A stretch of 64,000 nucleotides of DNA from Camelus dromedarius (GCF_036321535.1 NC_087436.1:120902001-120966000); one strand, 5' to 3'. Counted from the first letter of the stretch, positions 36,901 through 48,495 are shown. Notes: generated by a model not told the origin, from the letters alone. A program made the numbers and translations.

Positions 36901-38734
36901 CTCGCCAAGCTCGGAGGGCACTGGCACCGGAGGGCTTGGGGCAGGACTCTCCGGAGCTGGCTGTTTCTGGGCTCATGCCCGGCTCTGCCCTCCCGCACAC
37001 CTGTGGGTCCTGGGCCTCGGTTTCCCCAGACACAGATGAGCTCGGCACCGGGGCGCAGACAGGAGGATGCTATATGAGAGGAGAGCCCTGCGGGAATGAG
37101 CGTGCACAGTGGATGAGGGTGGACGGAGCTTGGGGCCCCTCCTTTGTACACCAGGGAAATCCCCTGCATGGTGGCTCCCGGGCCAGCTGGGAGCAGTCAG
37201 TGCTCACGGGCACCCTCAGTGGGATGTCCGCGCCCCCACTTCATCAATGGAGCCGGAGACTCGGAGCAAGGCAGCCGGCCCGTTTCCCTGCAGCAGGCAG
37301 GGTGATAAGCCAGGTTCTGTCTCTGTTGATCCAGCTGAAAAGAAAGTCTCTCCAGGCAGCAATTATGATCGAGCTGAGAACGTCTGTTGGCTGAATGGGA
37401 TATTAAGTGCCGGGCGCTGCGGTCCCAGCCACAGCCCTGGAAGGTGCAGTGCTTGGCATTCGGGAAGGAAAAGGAGGAGGGTTCGTTGACATTCTTCCGT
37501 GGGCTGTGTTCCAGGCTACGTGCTCCTGCTGGACACTCCGAGTTCAGTCCCCAAGAGCCCCCAGGGGGGTGGGGGCAGTGTCATTAACCCACTGCACTGA
37601 GACAGCAATACCAGTGTTGGTCAGGCTCTCTCCGAGGGAAGGCTAGCATCACGGGCCCCCCATTCGGCTGGCAAGTTGGACAGGAGACTACAAGCCTGGC
37701 AGGGCCTGAAGCTTCAGCCCCCACTCCACTTCACAGGAGGGGTACTGAGGCCCAGAGAGGGCCAAGGTGTATCTGAGTTAGCTCAGCAATCCTGCAACAG
37801 AGCCCACAACATGGACACATCTGCCCGGTGGTGGGGGGTCAGGGATGTTCCAGGCGGCCTTGGCTAGCCATTTTCTCAGCCCCTCTCCCCACCAGGCCCC
37901 CTGTTTGGGAGAGCTCTTCCCAGTTGGAGTACCCTGAGGACATATGGCTTGAGGTGATGAGGCCAGGCAGCTACAGACGGCTTCTCCAAGGGGCAGCCCT
38001 GGTAAGTCACAAGAGGAAAGGGACCTGCCCTGGCCCCTGATGCGGGAGACAGGGGCTGGAAAAGCAGGACCCAGGGCTGACTCCTCCCTGAGACAGATCT
38101 GTGGCCACTGCAGACCAAAGACAGATGAGTAGTGGCCCAGGAGAGAGCCAGGCTGGCAGGCAGGGGCCGATGAGGGACAGTGCAGGCACGGGGGTGGGTG
38201 GTCATAGCACGGGTCCCCAGCACAAGCCCCTCCAGCCCACTAAGCGTGTGTGTGCACACCTCAGGGGCCCTGCTCCCACCCCTCCCCACCAGCCTTCCCA
38301 GGAGTTTCTGGGCTCTCTGCTGGGGCTGGAAGAGCGTGGGGGGAGACCCTCTCTCACACGTTACTCTCCCTCCTTCTAGCCACTCCTCCTCAAGCCTCCG
38401 TGTGGGGTGAGCAAGGGGGCAAGGCTGGGCTGCACCGGGGGAAACCTAGACTCAGAGGTGGGGAGAGAATTACGAAGGAGGGCAGTCCCCCAGGATCTAA
38501 ATTTGGCGTCAGTTTGGGGTCTCTTGATTTCTTTCGCCTCTTGGCCAGTTACAGCACAAAAAATTTGACTGTATTTTTTGTATGTGAAACAGTTTTCAAC
38601 AAAGACCCCATCCAAGAGGGGTTGAATCTGGCAGCCCGGAGTGCCCTCCTCCCACACTCAGGGGAGGTCAGGTGGGGCGAGGGGCGGGAAGGTACCCCAC
38701 CCCGGCGCTGACGGGCAGGCAATAGAACCCGACA

Positions 38735-39288
38735 CGTAGGTTACAAAGGTTTATTTAGAAAAGAGTTTGGTTGTTTTGGCTGTCAGTCATTTTTGGCAAA
38801 CATTTAAATACTTTCCGTAATCAAAGGTTGTCAGTGCCCTTTTTCTTCTCCCTGGGAAGCTGCCCCACTGGTCCCCAGAAGTCAGCCCTTGCTCAGCGGT
38901 GGATGGGGTGGTGGCACATGTTGGGGGAGGGGGCAGGCTCCGTTCTCACACACCTGGGAGGATGCATACCACTGCGGTCCACGGCCCTGACCTCACAGCC
39001 ACACCTTGGCAGGACCCCCGGAGTGGGACCCAGGCCTGGAGCCCCAGAAGCAGCCCCTTGCTGAGGTGGGAAGGCAGAGGGGTCTCCCCTTTCTCCTTCC
39101 CCCTCCCCGGGGCCCCTGTGTTTCTCAGCCCTCGCTCCAGTCCTGCCGCACCCTCCCCTGCTCCCTGGAGGCCAATCCGTCCCTGGGTCTCTGGGAAAGC
39201 TGCTCCCACTTTCTCCTCGGGCGCCACGCCTGCCCGCCCCCTCCGCCCGGAGCTGTCCAGGGTCTCGGCGCCAGGCAGGGTGCGCGGG
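38735..39288 (-). other. ADRA2C: ADRA2C 3' UTR (approximate)
   Basis: Interval between the TGA stop and the predicted cleavage site downstream of AATAAA. Confidence 0.75.
38750..38755 (-). terminator. ADRA2C: ADRA2C polyadenylation signal AATAAA
   Basis: Plus-strand TTTATT lies ~535 nt past the stop codon in an AT-rich block. On the minus strand it is followed by CCTTTGTAACC and a GT-rich element (GTGTCGGGTT). Confidence 0.85.
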
Positions 39289-40668
39289 TCACTGCCTGAA
39301 GCCCCTTCGCCTCCGTCGGAAGAGGATGTGTTTGAAAGAGCGCCGGAAGTCCTGATTGAAGACAGTGTAGATGACCGGGTTGAGCGAGCTGTTGCAGTAA
39401 CCGATCCAGAAGAAGAACTTGAAGAGCGGGACGGGCACCTGGCAGGCCTCGCGGCAGATGCCGTACAGGCTGTAGCTGAAGAAGAAGGGGAACCAGCAGA
39501 GCACGAACACGCCCATGACCACCGCCAGCACGAAGGTGAAGCGCTTCTCGCGCGCCTGGGCCACCTTGCGGCGGCACACGCTGCTGCGCGCCCGGCGCCG
39601 CCGCGACAGGAAGAATTCGACGGAGCGCGAGCTGGCGCGCGAAAGGCGCCCGCTGGGGCCTGGGGACCTCTCGGCCGCCAGCGCGCCCTGCTCGGCCGTC
39701 CCCGACCCGGGGCCCGCCCCGTCGGCACCCGAGGCTCCCTCGCCGCCCGCGCGCCGCCGCCCGCCCCGCCGCAGCGCGCCCCGGCGCCGGCGCCTCTTGG
39801 CTGCCGCGCTACTGTCCTCCGGATCCACGTCGGCCCGCGGGCGGCGCGGGAGCGCGCAGTGCCCGTTCTCGCCCGCGCCCAAACCGTTCTCCGTGGTCGG
39901 GGACGCGCCGTCGGGGCCCGCGGGCTCGCGCTTCTCGCTAAGCGTGCGCGTGCGCAACTTGGCCACGCGGTAGATGCGTGCGTAGACCAGGCCCATGATG
40001 AGGCAGGGGGCGAAGAAGGAGCCGATGCAGGAGGACAGGATGTACCAGGTCTCATCGTTGAGGCCACACTGCGGGTAGGCGGCGCCGTCGGGCTGGCGGT
40101 AGAGCGAGACCAGCGGCGGGAAGGAGATGACGGCCGAGATGAGCCACACAGCCACGATGGTGGCCTTGACGCGGCGCGGGGTGCGCTTCAGGTTGTACTC
40201 GACGGCCTGCGTTACGGACCAGTAGCGGTCCAGGCTGATGGCGCACAGGTGAACGATGGACGAGGTGCAGAAGAGCACGTCGAGCGCCAGGTACACGCCG
40301 CACCACACCTGCCCAAAGTACCAGTAGGCCATGAGCTCGTTGGCCAGAGAAAAAGGCATGACCAGCGTGGCCACCAGGATGTCAGCCGAGGCCAGCGACA
40401 CCAGGAAGAGGTTCTGCGGCGCACGCAGCGCTCGGCTGGTCAGCACGGCGATCACCACCAGCACGTTGCCCACCACGGTAAAGACGATGAGGAAGCCCAC
40501 CAGGGCCGCCAGCCCCGCCACGGCAGCCGCCGAGTACTGGCCCGGGGGCGGCCCCCAGGTGGACCCCGAGGCGTTGGCGGCCCTGCCGCTGCCCCCCTCG
40601 CCGGCGCCGCTCGCGTTGTGACCCGCCGCCGCCGCCGCCAGCGCCGCCGCCAGCGCCGGGGACGCCAT
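39289..40668 (-). CDS. ADRA2C: Alpha-2C adrenergic receptor, single coding exon, 459 aa class A GPCR
   Basis: ATG in strong Kozak context (GGACCATGG) begins [20 protein letters not shown]. There are seven hydrophobic segments, TM3 Asp (LDVLFCT), DRY, TM5 SSCIGS, CWFP and NPVIY motifs, a long Gly/Arg-rich third intracellular loop and C-terminus [15 protein letters not shown] lacking the palmitoylated Cys, as in the alpha-2C subtype. The ORF track start at 41028 is a TTG; the annotated start is the ATG at 40668. Confidence 0.98.
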   Translation of the reverse strand: MASPALAAALAAAAAGHNASGAGEGGSGRAANASGSTWGPPPGQYSAAAVAGLAALVGFLIVFTVVGNVLVVIAVLTSRALRAPQNLFLVSLASADILVATLVMPFSLANELMAYWYFGQVWCGVYLALDVLFCTSSIVHLCAISLDRYWSVTQAVEYNLKRTPRRVKATIVAVWLISAVISFPPLVSLYRQPDGAAYPQCGLNDETWYILSSCIGSFFAPCLIMGLVYARIYRVAKLRTRTLSEKREPAGPDGASPTTENGLGAGENGHCALPRRPRADVDPEDSSAAAKRRRRRGALRRGGRRRAGGEGASGADGAGPGSGTAEQGALAAERSPGPSGRLSRASSRSVEFFLSRRRRARSSVCRRKVAQAREKRFTFVLAVVMGVFVLCWFPFFFSYSLYGICREACQVPVPLFKFFFWIGYCNSSLNPVIYTVFNQDFRRSFKHILFRRRRRGFRQ

Positions 40669-41338
40669 GGTCCTCCCGCAAGCTACGCGGTCCCGCCTGG
40701 AGCCGGGGCGCAGCCGCGGCAGCTTGGGCGCCCCGCAGCCCGGGTCGGCGCCCGCATCGCCACCTGTTCGGGCGCGCCCGCCAGGGACCGCGGCGCCCAA
40801 CAGCTGGCCCTCGGCCGTGGTGGCTCGGCGGGCGGGCGAGCGGCGCGCCGGAGAGCGTGGCTGCCGGGCTCTCCGCCGCTGCCGCACGCGTAAGTGCAGA
40901 GCAGGAGGCGCCCGGAGCGAGCGGCGACGCGGCGGCGGCGGGGGGGAGGGGGCAGGTCCCGGGGTCCTCGCGCGGCCCCGCCCTCGGCCCGGCTCACGGG
41001 GAGAGCCCCGGCCGCGAGCCCACGGCAACGCGGCGCCCGAGCGGGCGTGCCTGAGCTGCCCCGCGGCCCCGGCGCCCAGCCGGGGCGCAGGCTGCAGGCG
41101 GCGGCGGCCCGGGCGCTCCGCCTCCCATCCGGCCGGCTAGGGCTCGGCGGGCCGCTGTTCCTTTGGGCCCCCGCGCCCGCACGCCGCCTCTGGCTCCAAC
41201 TTTACTTTCCCGGGCAGGGCGCCGGCGCCGCCGCGCGTCCTCCTGCTCCTCCTCCTGCTGCTCCAGGCAGGGCGCCCCCCGCGGTCTTCGCTCGGCCGTG
41301 CGGGCGCCGCCTCGCCTGCCTTGGCTCGCCCGAGCTGC

Positions 41339-41366
41339 GCCGCCGCCGCCGCCGCCGCCTCTTCCT

Positions 41367-41395
<29 letters not shown>
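41339..41395. repeat. Interrupted trinucleotide repeat (GCC)7-TCTTCCTCC-(GCC)9; (GGC)n on the ADRA2C sense strand
   Basis: Read directly from the sequence. Confidence 0.95.
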
Positions 41396-41398
<3 letters not shown>

Positions 41399-41439
41399 GG
41401 GCGCTCGGCGCGAGTGTCGCCGCCCGGGCTCGGCTTCCA

Positions 41440-41830
41440 ACTTGGGTAGAGTTGCGCAGCGGGGCGGGGCGCGGGTGGGCGGGGGCGGCCCGGCGAGCAG
41501 GCCAGGGCCGCCGGCCCGGGTAGGGGGAGCGGGCCCGGGAGCCGGAGCCCGCGGCCGCCTCGGCGAACCTGCCTGCGCGGCGCCGGGGAGGAGCCCGGGG
41601 CGGTGGCGCGGGGCGCGCGCTCGGCGAGGGCGCCCCCTCCAGGGCCGCCTGCAGTCTGCGGGACGGGGCTGAGTGCCGACTGGCCTGGGCGGTGAGTTCC
41701 AGAAGCTTGCTCTAAGACGGGAGCTTCCTCGCCTCCCCCGGGCACACGCACCCGCGGGCGCGCACACTCGTACGCGCAACACCGGCGGGCTCGGGGTCCG
41801 CGGCCTGATTGGAGAGCCAGCCACTCGCAG
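41440..41830 (-). promoter_or_regulatory. ADRA2C: TATA-less ADRA2C promoter region with Sp1/KLF GC boxes and a CCAAT box
   Basis: Perfect GGGGCGGGGC at 41461-41470 plus further GC boxes. ATTGG at 41808-41812 reads CCAATCAG on the minus strand. No TATA box is visible, and the exact TSS cannot be determined from sequence. Confidence 0.6.
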
Positions 41831-44289
41831 CCTGGTGGAGGACGCGACGCTGCCTGGGTGCGCACGGGTGCTGCGGAGGGCCAGGGCCGGCTCCGACTCC
41901 CATCTCTGGTCGGTGCTCCGGGGCAGAACCATCTCCCCACCCCCGGCCGCAGTTCCCTCCTCTGCCCGCTTCCAAGCGCTGCTGAAGCATGAATCATGAC
42001 GGCGGTGCCCGTGGAAGCCCTGGGCAGGCTCCCAAGCTCTGCACCCATGTTGGCAATATTTGAAGTTTAATTCTTATGCTCCGTGGCCCAGCTTTTAAAG
42101 AATGGGGGATGTTTAACCTAACCGTTTCTGACAAACGCCCCAAACTGAATTGCCCGGATGAGAGGCGGTTTTGCGTGGGTGCCTCGTTTCTGCTTAGGGG
42201 CGAGCTTCTGAGGTCACCCCCGCTTACCCAGGTCCCACGTCCCTGTGCATTCGTTCCGCAGATGCGCACTGCTGCTCCGACCCCGTGTCAGGTGCTGGTC
42301 CCCACCTCCAGGCAGCCTGAGGTCTTAGGAAGACAGACCGTGGGAAGGAAGTTGGAGTTCCCAGGCCTGGCATTTCTCACTAGGATGAACAGGAGCATCT
42401 TTTCTCCCAGCAGAGCAGAAACGCACCTAGGCCAGCGGGTAGCTCTCTGCATCCTCAGATAGGGGGTGCGGTGGGGGTTGAGGCTGGGGGAGGGAGTGGG
42501 ATGCCTCTGGGTAATAGGAGGGTGACTCCGGGAGGGGTCAGAACTTCCCACCTCCCCGGGGACGCCTAGAAATGTGCCTGGCTTGAGGGCTGCACCTCTC
42601 TTTCCTGAGCTCAGAGGCCTTCCCGGGAGAGCACGCTATCTTAGCAGAGATGCCAACGTGGAGCTCCAGCACCCTTGTTAAGCAGTTACACTGAGGAAGA
42701 GGGGCTCAGGCCGGCGCTGGGCTGGAAATCAGACACTCCAGATGGCAGACCTGTCCAAGAAGGTTAAAGCTCCCAGGCCAGTCCTTGGCATTGATGCCCT
42801 TTGGGGAGCAAAGCCATGACCGTATGTGACCCAGGGAGGGTAGAGGCACCATATTTGTGAAAGACCCCCCTGGTCCTGGAGGCCTAAGAGACCCCACTGA
42901 CTGGGGCGCCTGGGGGAGCATTTCGCAGGGAAGACACACACAGCTGACCCTCCCTCATTGGCACACGCTGGCCTTGTCTGTATCAGGCCTCCTACCTGAG
43001 TGCTTGTTTTCTGGGGCAGATGGTGTCACACACTGAGATGGGGGCAGTGAATGTCATCGGTGCCCTGCAGCTCCTCCCCTCCAAGCCTGGCAGTGGGGTT
43101 GTCAAAGAAGGCTTCCTGGAGGAGGTGACCTCTGAGCTGCATTTGGAGAGTGACAGAAGTTTTTAGGAAGTGAGAGGCCCCTGTTGGTTGTGCTCCCTGG
43201 GGTGGGGGTGGACTTGTCCTGGAGGCATGGGGAGCCAGAGGAAGACCCAAAACCGGGACGTGGCGGTGGTCGGATGTAGATTTTTGAGAGATCTGTCTTT
43301 CTCCCAGCAGCTGCACAGCCATGTGGGTCTCCTCCTGACCACAAGGGGTTCTCATCTTTTGAGGAGCACTTTGGGGGATGCATCCAGCGTCCTGGCTCCA
43401 CTCAACACTTCATGTGTTCACAAGCAAGGCCAGCCAGCATGAGGGATTTGGAAGAAGAGGACCCAGAGCTCCTGGGGGCCCAATGCACACAGGACGTCCC
43501 ACTGCCCAGGCCACAGCTCTTCAGCCAGGCCAGGCAGGAGACATCTAGAGCGCCTGGCGGGCCAAGTGACTCAGGCCCCTGGGGATGTTTGGCCCGCCTT
43601 TTGACCTCAGGCAGCAGGCATCACACTGCCGGCATAACCCAGGAGGAGGAAGGAGGAAGCGCCTCTCCCGTGGGTCCTGGGCCCAGAGCTGAGGGCGGCG
43701 GAGGGCTGGGTCCCTGCGGAGTCCTTGGGGTAGAGAGCCCGGGCTTCAAGGCGCACTGAATGCAGTCCTGCTTGTGTGCACCAGAGGCCCCAGGGATGGA
43801 GCTGTTTGCAAAGAGCTGGAGAGGCCTCTCACCCCAACACTGAAAATTAAGCTTGACAAACTGCTCCCAACTGTCCCGTAACAGGCAGAACAGCACACGC
43901 CCGGAAAGACTGCCTAGCGGGTGAGCCGCTGACGGCCAGGCCTGGCTCAGCGGGACCAGGAGGGGTGACGGGAGGGCACTGTGGGGAGCCAGGCGGTCCT
44001 GATGGGGGATGCGGGCATGGGGGAGGGGTGGGGCGTCTCAGAAGGGAAGCCACGTGGAAGCAGAGCATCCTGGGGCTGCCGAGGTGTACTTGCCGTCGTC
44101 CCACCCACAATGAGCAGGGTCCAGAGGGAAAGCTTGGTCCGGCCAGGGCCACAACCACAGGCCGTTGGGTCCTAGGACCCCTGTCATAAGGAGGAATTTG
44201 GGTGCACACCTGCTGGGCGAGGTGCTCTGTGCTCCACCAGTGGCCTCAGCTCAGGTAGATGGTTGCCTGTCTCTTTGAACCAGCTCCCT

Positions 44290-44722
44290 GCATACACAAA
44301 TATGCGTGCACATGCACACGAATCCATACATGCACACACACGTCCATGTACACACATATCCATGTGCATCTATGCCTGCACACTCACATCCGCACACAGA
44401 CATCCACAAATCTGTACTGTTCGGGCACACACCCACATACATGACACAGCACACGCACACAAGTACCATCTGTACACAGGATGTGTGTGCGTGCACGTAT
44501 GTGCACCTGCAAGCAGACACATGGGCACACCCCACACACTATGCACATGCATGTATCTGCCCACATATACTAAGCACTCACACACCCATACACATGCGCA
44601 CAATCACACACACAGGCTATGTGCACACGTGTGTGAATCTGTGCGCACACCTCACTTCTGCATGTCGCTGCGCACACCCACTCGTGCACCCGCACGCATG
44701 CACACACCCACACGTGCGCACG
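44290..44722. repeat. Long degenerate (CA)n-type low-complexity tract
   Basis: Seen directly; ~430 bp of CACA/CATG/CACG modules. Confidence 0.9.
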
Positions 44723-47009
44723 TGCCTGGGGCCGCGCTCAGCCTCCCAGGCTGCAGGGAGGTGGGGTTTCTGCCAGCCCATGGTGGGCAGCTCTTCCCAG
44801 GTTTCAGGCTGGGTTCTGCCTTGGCCTGCTCACCTCCACTGGGTCTCCTGTGTGCCCCTCAGGGTGGGCCGTCACTGGACCATGTCTCTGTCTGCTGTGG
44901 GCTCTTGGGGACAAGCCATTTCTCTGTCCCATTGTCTGGTGCGGGCCTGGCTCACAGCTCACAGTAGGGGCTCAGTCAAAGTGTGGTGGAGGGATGGGTG
45001 GCTAGCAACCCTGCAAAGGGCCTGCTGTCTTCCATCCTCCCCAGCTACGCTGATGCCAGCGGTGTAGCTGGTGCAGGCGGGGCCCGGCAGAGCACGGCGG
45101 TGCCTGAATGAGCCACTCTTGCTAGACCCAGCATCCTCTTTTGCTTCTGTTCTGTGGAGGTTGTGGACTTAAACTCCCACTTATTCCCTTACTTGCCGTC
45201 TGGCAGCCTTAGAACCTCCTGCCTCCCTGGGCCTCAGTTTTTCCATCTGTCAAGTGGGGCTATTGACTAGATTGTTCTAAGATCTGTGCTGGCTTTGCCC
45301 CCACTTGGCTTGGAGCTCCTGGAGCTGGGCTTCATGTCCACCTGCTGTCTTTGCCCTCAGTCTGTCCCTGGAGGGAGGGAAGGGCCTGGAGTCCCAGGAA
45401 GAGCCCTCCACTTGGTTGGCTGGTGTGGGAACAGAGGCAGGCAGGCCTGGCTTGCCAGACTCCACACCAAGGGACTTGTTTTCTCAGCTGGGCTGAAGGT
45501 ATTTTTTTTCCTGAAATTTATTTGAAATTTCATTTTTAAAGATGGGGCAGGGAAAAATGAGGCTTGCTCCTCTCCCTCCCCCTGTGCCCCAAAGACTTCT
45601 AGAACCACTGTGTCTTGCCAGAGTGTGGCTGGGATCCACCGGCCCAGGCCTGGCTCTCCTGGACCAACCCGCAGACTGAATCCATTGCAGTATTGATCAC
45701 ACTGATGGGTTTGCACGGCTGAGTTCTTCCAGAGCTGCCGGAAGTCCCTCTGGGCAAAGCAGGGCTTGGGGGATGGTCCTGGACTGGCAGTGAGTGTAGT
45801 GGGTTAAAGCAGCGGGCCTTATTGAGCACCAGCTGCGAACCCCGCTCAGCCCAGGGCCCTCTGGGGTTCAGGCTTGCACCCACCCTCCACCTGTCCCGGC
45901 TGCCTTCTCATGGGTCCCCTCTGCCTGCCCAGCTCTGGGCCTGACTGGTCCTCCCTCAGGGGCTTGCTGCTGCCCAGATGCCTGAGCCTGGCATTTGAGG
46001 CCCCTCGGGGCCTGGCCTTGACCTGGACTCTGGGCTCGGGCTGACCAGGTGTCCCCACATGACCTCAGGAAGCCGCCTTCACCCTCTGAGCCAGCATGGC
46101 CTGTGGATGGGGATAACGGAGCCCCTTCCGTATGGCAGACGTGCAGGTTCTCCAGGATGATGTGTGCAGAACTCGTAGCCTGGGGTGTCCAGACATGCTT
46201 CTGCCTCCGTTGTCACCCCCTGGGCCTGGAACACCTGCTCCTGCCTCTGCCTGTCACCCACCTGAGCAGGTGGGAGGCTCGGCTCCATGCCCCTCCGTGC
46301 CCCTCCGTGCCAGGCTCATCCTCGGAACCCCACGCAGGGTTCCACGGCCCCAGGCAGCCATGTGGCGTCTCCTGGAGTCACTTCCCTGAGAAGTGTCACC
46401 TTGCAGCTTCTCCTCTGGTCACCCGCCGGCCCTTGGCACCCCTGCCCATCAGCAGTGCTCATGAGAGCCACCATTAGGCCAGGTCCTGTCCTTCACAGTC
46501 CGTGGGTGGTGGGCCCGCCTCACTCTTTGTGTCCCTTCCGGGTGTGTGCTGTGTGGTTGTCCCATCCTGTAGATGCGGGTGGAGGCCTGGGTTGCTGAAG
46601 ATCCCATGTGGGTACGAGCCCAGGCCAGCGTGGTCCCCTGTCCCACTGTTGTCACGCTGCCTCCTGTCTCCTCCCGGTAACATGAGGACTCAGCTTTCAT
46701 CCGGCAGACATCTGGGGGGCACCTCCTCTGTGCTGAGTGTGGACAGTGCCTGGCACCGCTCAGGCCCAGCCGAGGGTGTGAGGCACAGGCCCTGACCTCC
46801 AGGGAGATGCCAAGAGATGGAAGAAGGGGCTTCTGACCTGCTTGGAGGCTCAGGGAGAACTTTCTAGAAGGAGTAGGGGCTCTGCTCAGACTGGAGGGTA
46901 TGGAGGCAGCAGCCTGTCCAAAAGGTTCCACACCAGCCATGTGCCCAGCGGCCAGCACTCACCTCCTCCTTGCCCCCTGAGGTAGGGGAGACTCTCAGGT
47001 GGCCCCCAG

Positions 47010-48495
47010 TTTCCTGGCCCTTGGATAGCCCCTCCTCCTGAGTCTGAATACCGTGGGGGCATCACTGCCCTGACAAGGTCCCTAACCAGTTGGCTTTGAG
47101 TTAATCAAAGGAGATTATCCAGGGTGGGCCTGACCCGATCAGGTGACCCTTTAGAAGGTGATGAAGCATCAGAAGTGCCTTCCTGCTGGCCATGAAAATG
47201 CAGCATTGATGTGAGTGGCAGCTGCAGGGGAAGGACCTGAATGACCTGAATGTGGTCTTTAGAAGTGGCGAGTGGTCCCTGGCTTCAGCCACACAGCCTC
47301 AGGGAACTGAATGCTACTGACAGCTGTGTGAGCCTAGAGGGGGTCCCTGGGCCTCAGATGAGAACATGGCCTCAGCTGACACCTTCATTTCAGCCTCCAC
47401 ACCATGAGTATAGGGGTCAGTTCACCTGCACAGGACTCCTGGTCCGTGGAAACTGAGGTAGTAAATGTGTGTTGTTTTATGCTGGTAAAGTTGTGGTACT
47501 TTGTTATGCAGCCTAGGTGACTGATACACCCGCATGCCTGGTTTGTTCTGGTGGAGGAGCAGTGATGTGCCCAGGAAAGGGGGACCCCTTCCCAACCCTG
47601 GGGGAAGATCATGATGCCTCTAAGCCTATTTTAAGGTGGACCCATTTCCCTTCCCCAGTGGCTGGAGGAGAGGTCACATGACCAAGTCCCAACCAATAAA
47701 ACCTCTGTGATGAAAAGTGAGAAATGTGCGAGAAGACTCACTGGCTGCCTTCCTGTTTGGTCATCTGTGTGTGAGGATGTGACATCTGGAGCTGCAGCAG
47801 CTCTCTTAGGGTTAGGAGGAGCTGAAGATGAAGACAACAGGAGGAAAGAGTCTGTGTCCCTAATGCTGTTGTCCTTGAGCTTCCAAAGGAACCCACGCTG
47901 GAGCCAGCCTTTTGCCAGACTTCCCGCCAAGGGGGACACCAGTGACCTCATCGTTTAAGGCCTTTGGGGAGGAGGGTTCCGTAACTCACAACCGGACACA
48001 TCCTAGCTGATTTGCTGTCCTCAGCCCTGTCCTGCACCCTTGGAGAATCATTGTGCCAGTCTGTGGTGGGAAAAATCACACACACACACAGACATCCAGA
48101 CCCTGTGGCTGGGCAGCCTTACATCACAAAAGGGACTTCACTGATGGGATTAAGCTAAGGATTTGAGATGGGGGATTATCCTGGATTCTGAATGAACCCT
48201 CAGTGCAACCACAAGGGTCCTTCTAGGTGAGAGAGACTAGGGGGTCAGAGTTAAAGGAGATGTGATAACGGAAGCAGGGGGCAGGGTAATGCACAGAGCG
48301 GGCCACAAGCTCGGGATGTGGGCGCCTCTAGAAGCTGGAAAAGATGAGAGAGAGTCTCTCCCAGAGCCCCCAAGGGGAACCAACCCTGCTAGGCCGTTTT
48401 ACACCTCTGGACTCGGAACTGTAAGATAATAAATTTGTTGTTAGAAGCTACTAAGTTTGTGATCATTTGTCACAACAGCAATGGGAAACGAATGC
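47010..48495 (+). mobile_element. Three adjacent MaLR LTRs (MLT1F-, MLT1I/J- and MLT1D-like)
   Basis: MLT1 hallmarks: GAGTTAATCAAAGGAGATTATCCAGGGTGGGCCTGA, GGTCACATGACCAAGTCCCAACCAAT and GGACTTCACTGATGGGATTAAGCTAAGGATTTGAGATGGG...AACTGTAAGATAATAAATTTG. Confidence 0.75.

Larger units (their letters stand above)
39300..41950. promoter_or_regulatory. ADRA2C: CpG island covering the ADRA2C promoter, 5' UTR and CDS
   Basis: Very high GC with dense, undepleted CpG. It ends abruptly near 42000, where AT content rises. Confidence 0.92.

Noticed and set aside
39248..39270. Possible REST/RE1 site just after the ADRA2C stop
   Set aside because: Only the GGACAG right half matches; the left half reads CGAGACC instead of CAGCACC.
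40669..41028. 579-aa version of ADRA2C from the ORF track
   Set aside because: It starts at TTG and adds 120 low-complexity residues. The Kozak ATG at 40668 matches the known N-terminus. Kept only as a speculative finding.
44263..45067. His/Thr/Cys-rich ORFs of 234-253 aa resembling metal-binding proteins
   Set aside because: They are translations of the (CA)n-type low-complexity tract; the same applies at 1833-2200, 17759-18281 and 56711-57037.
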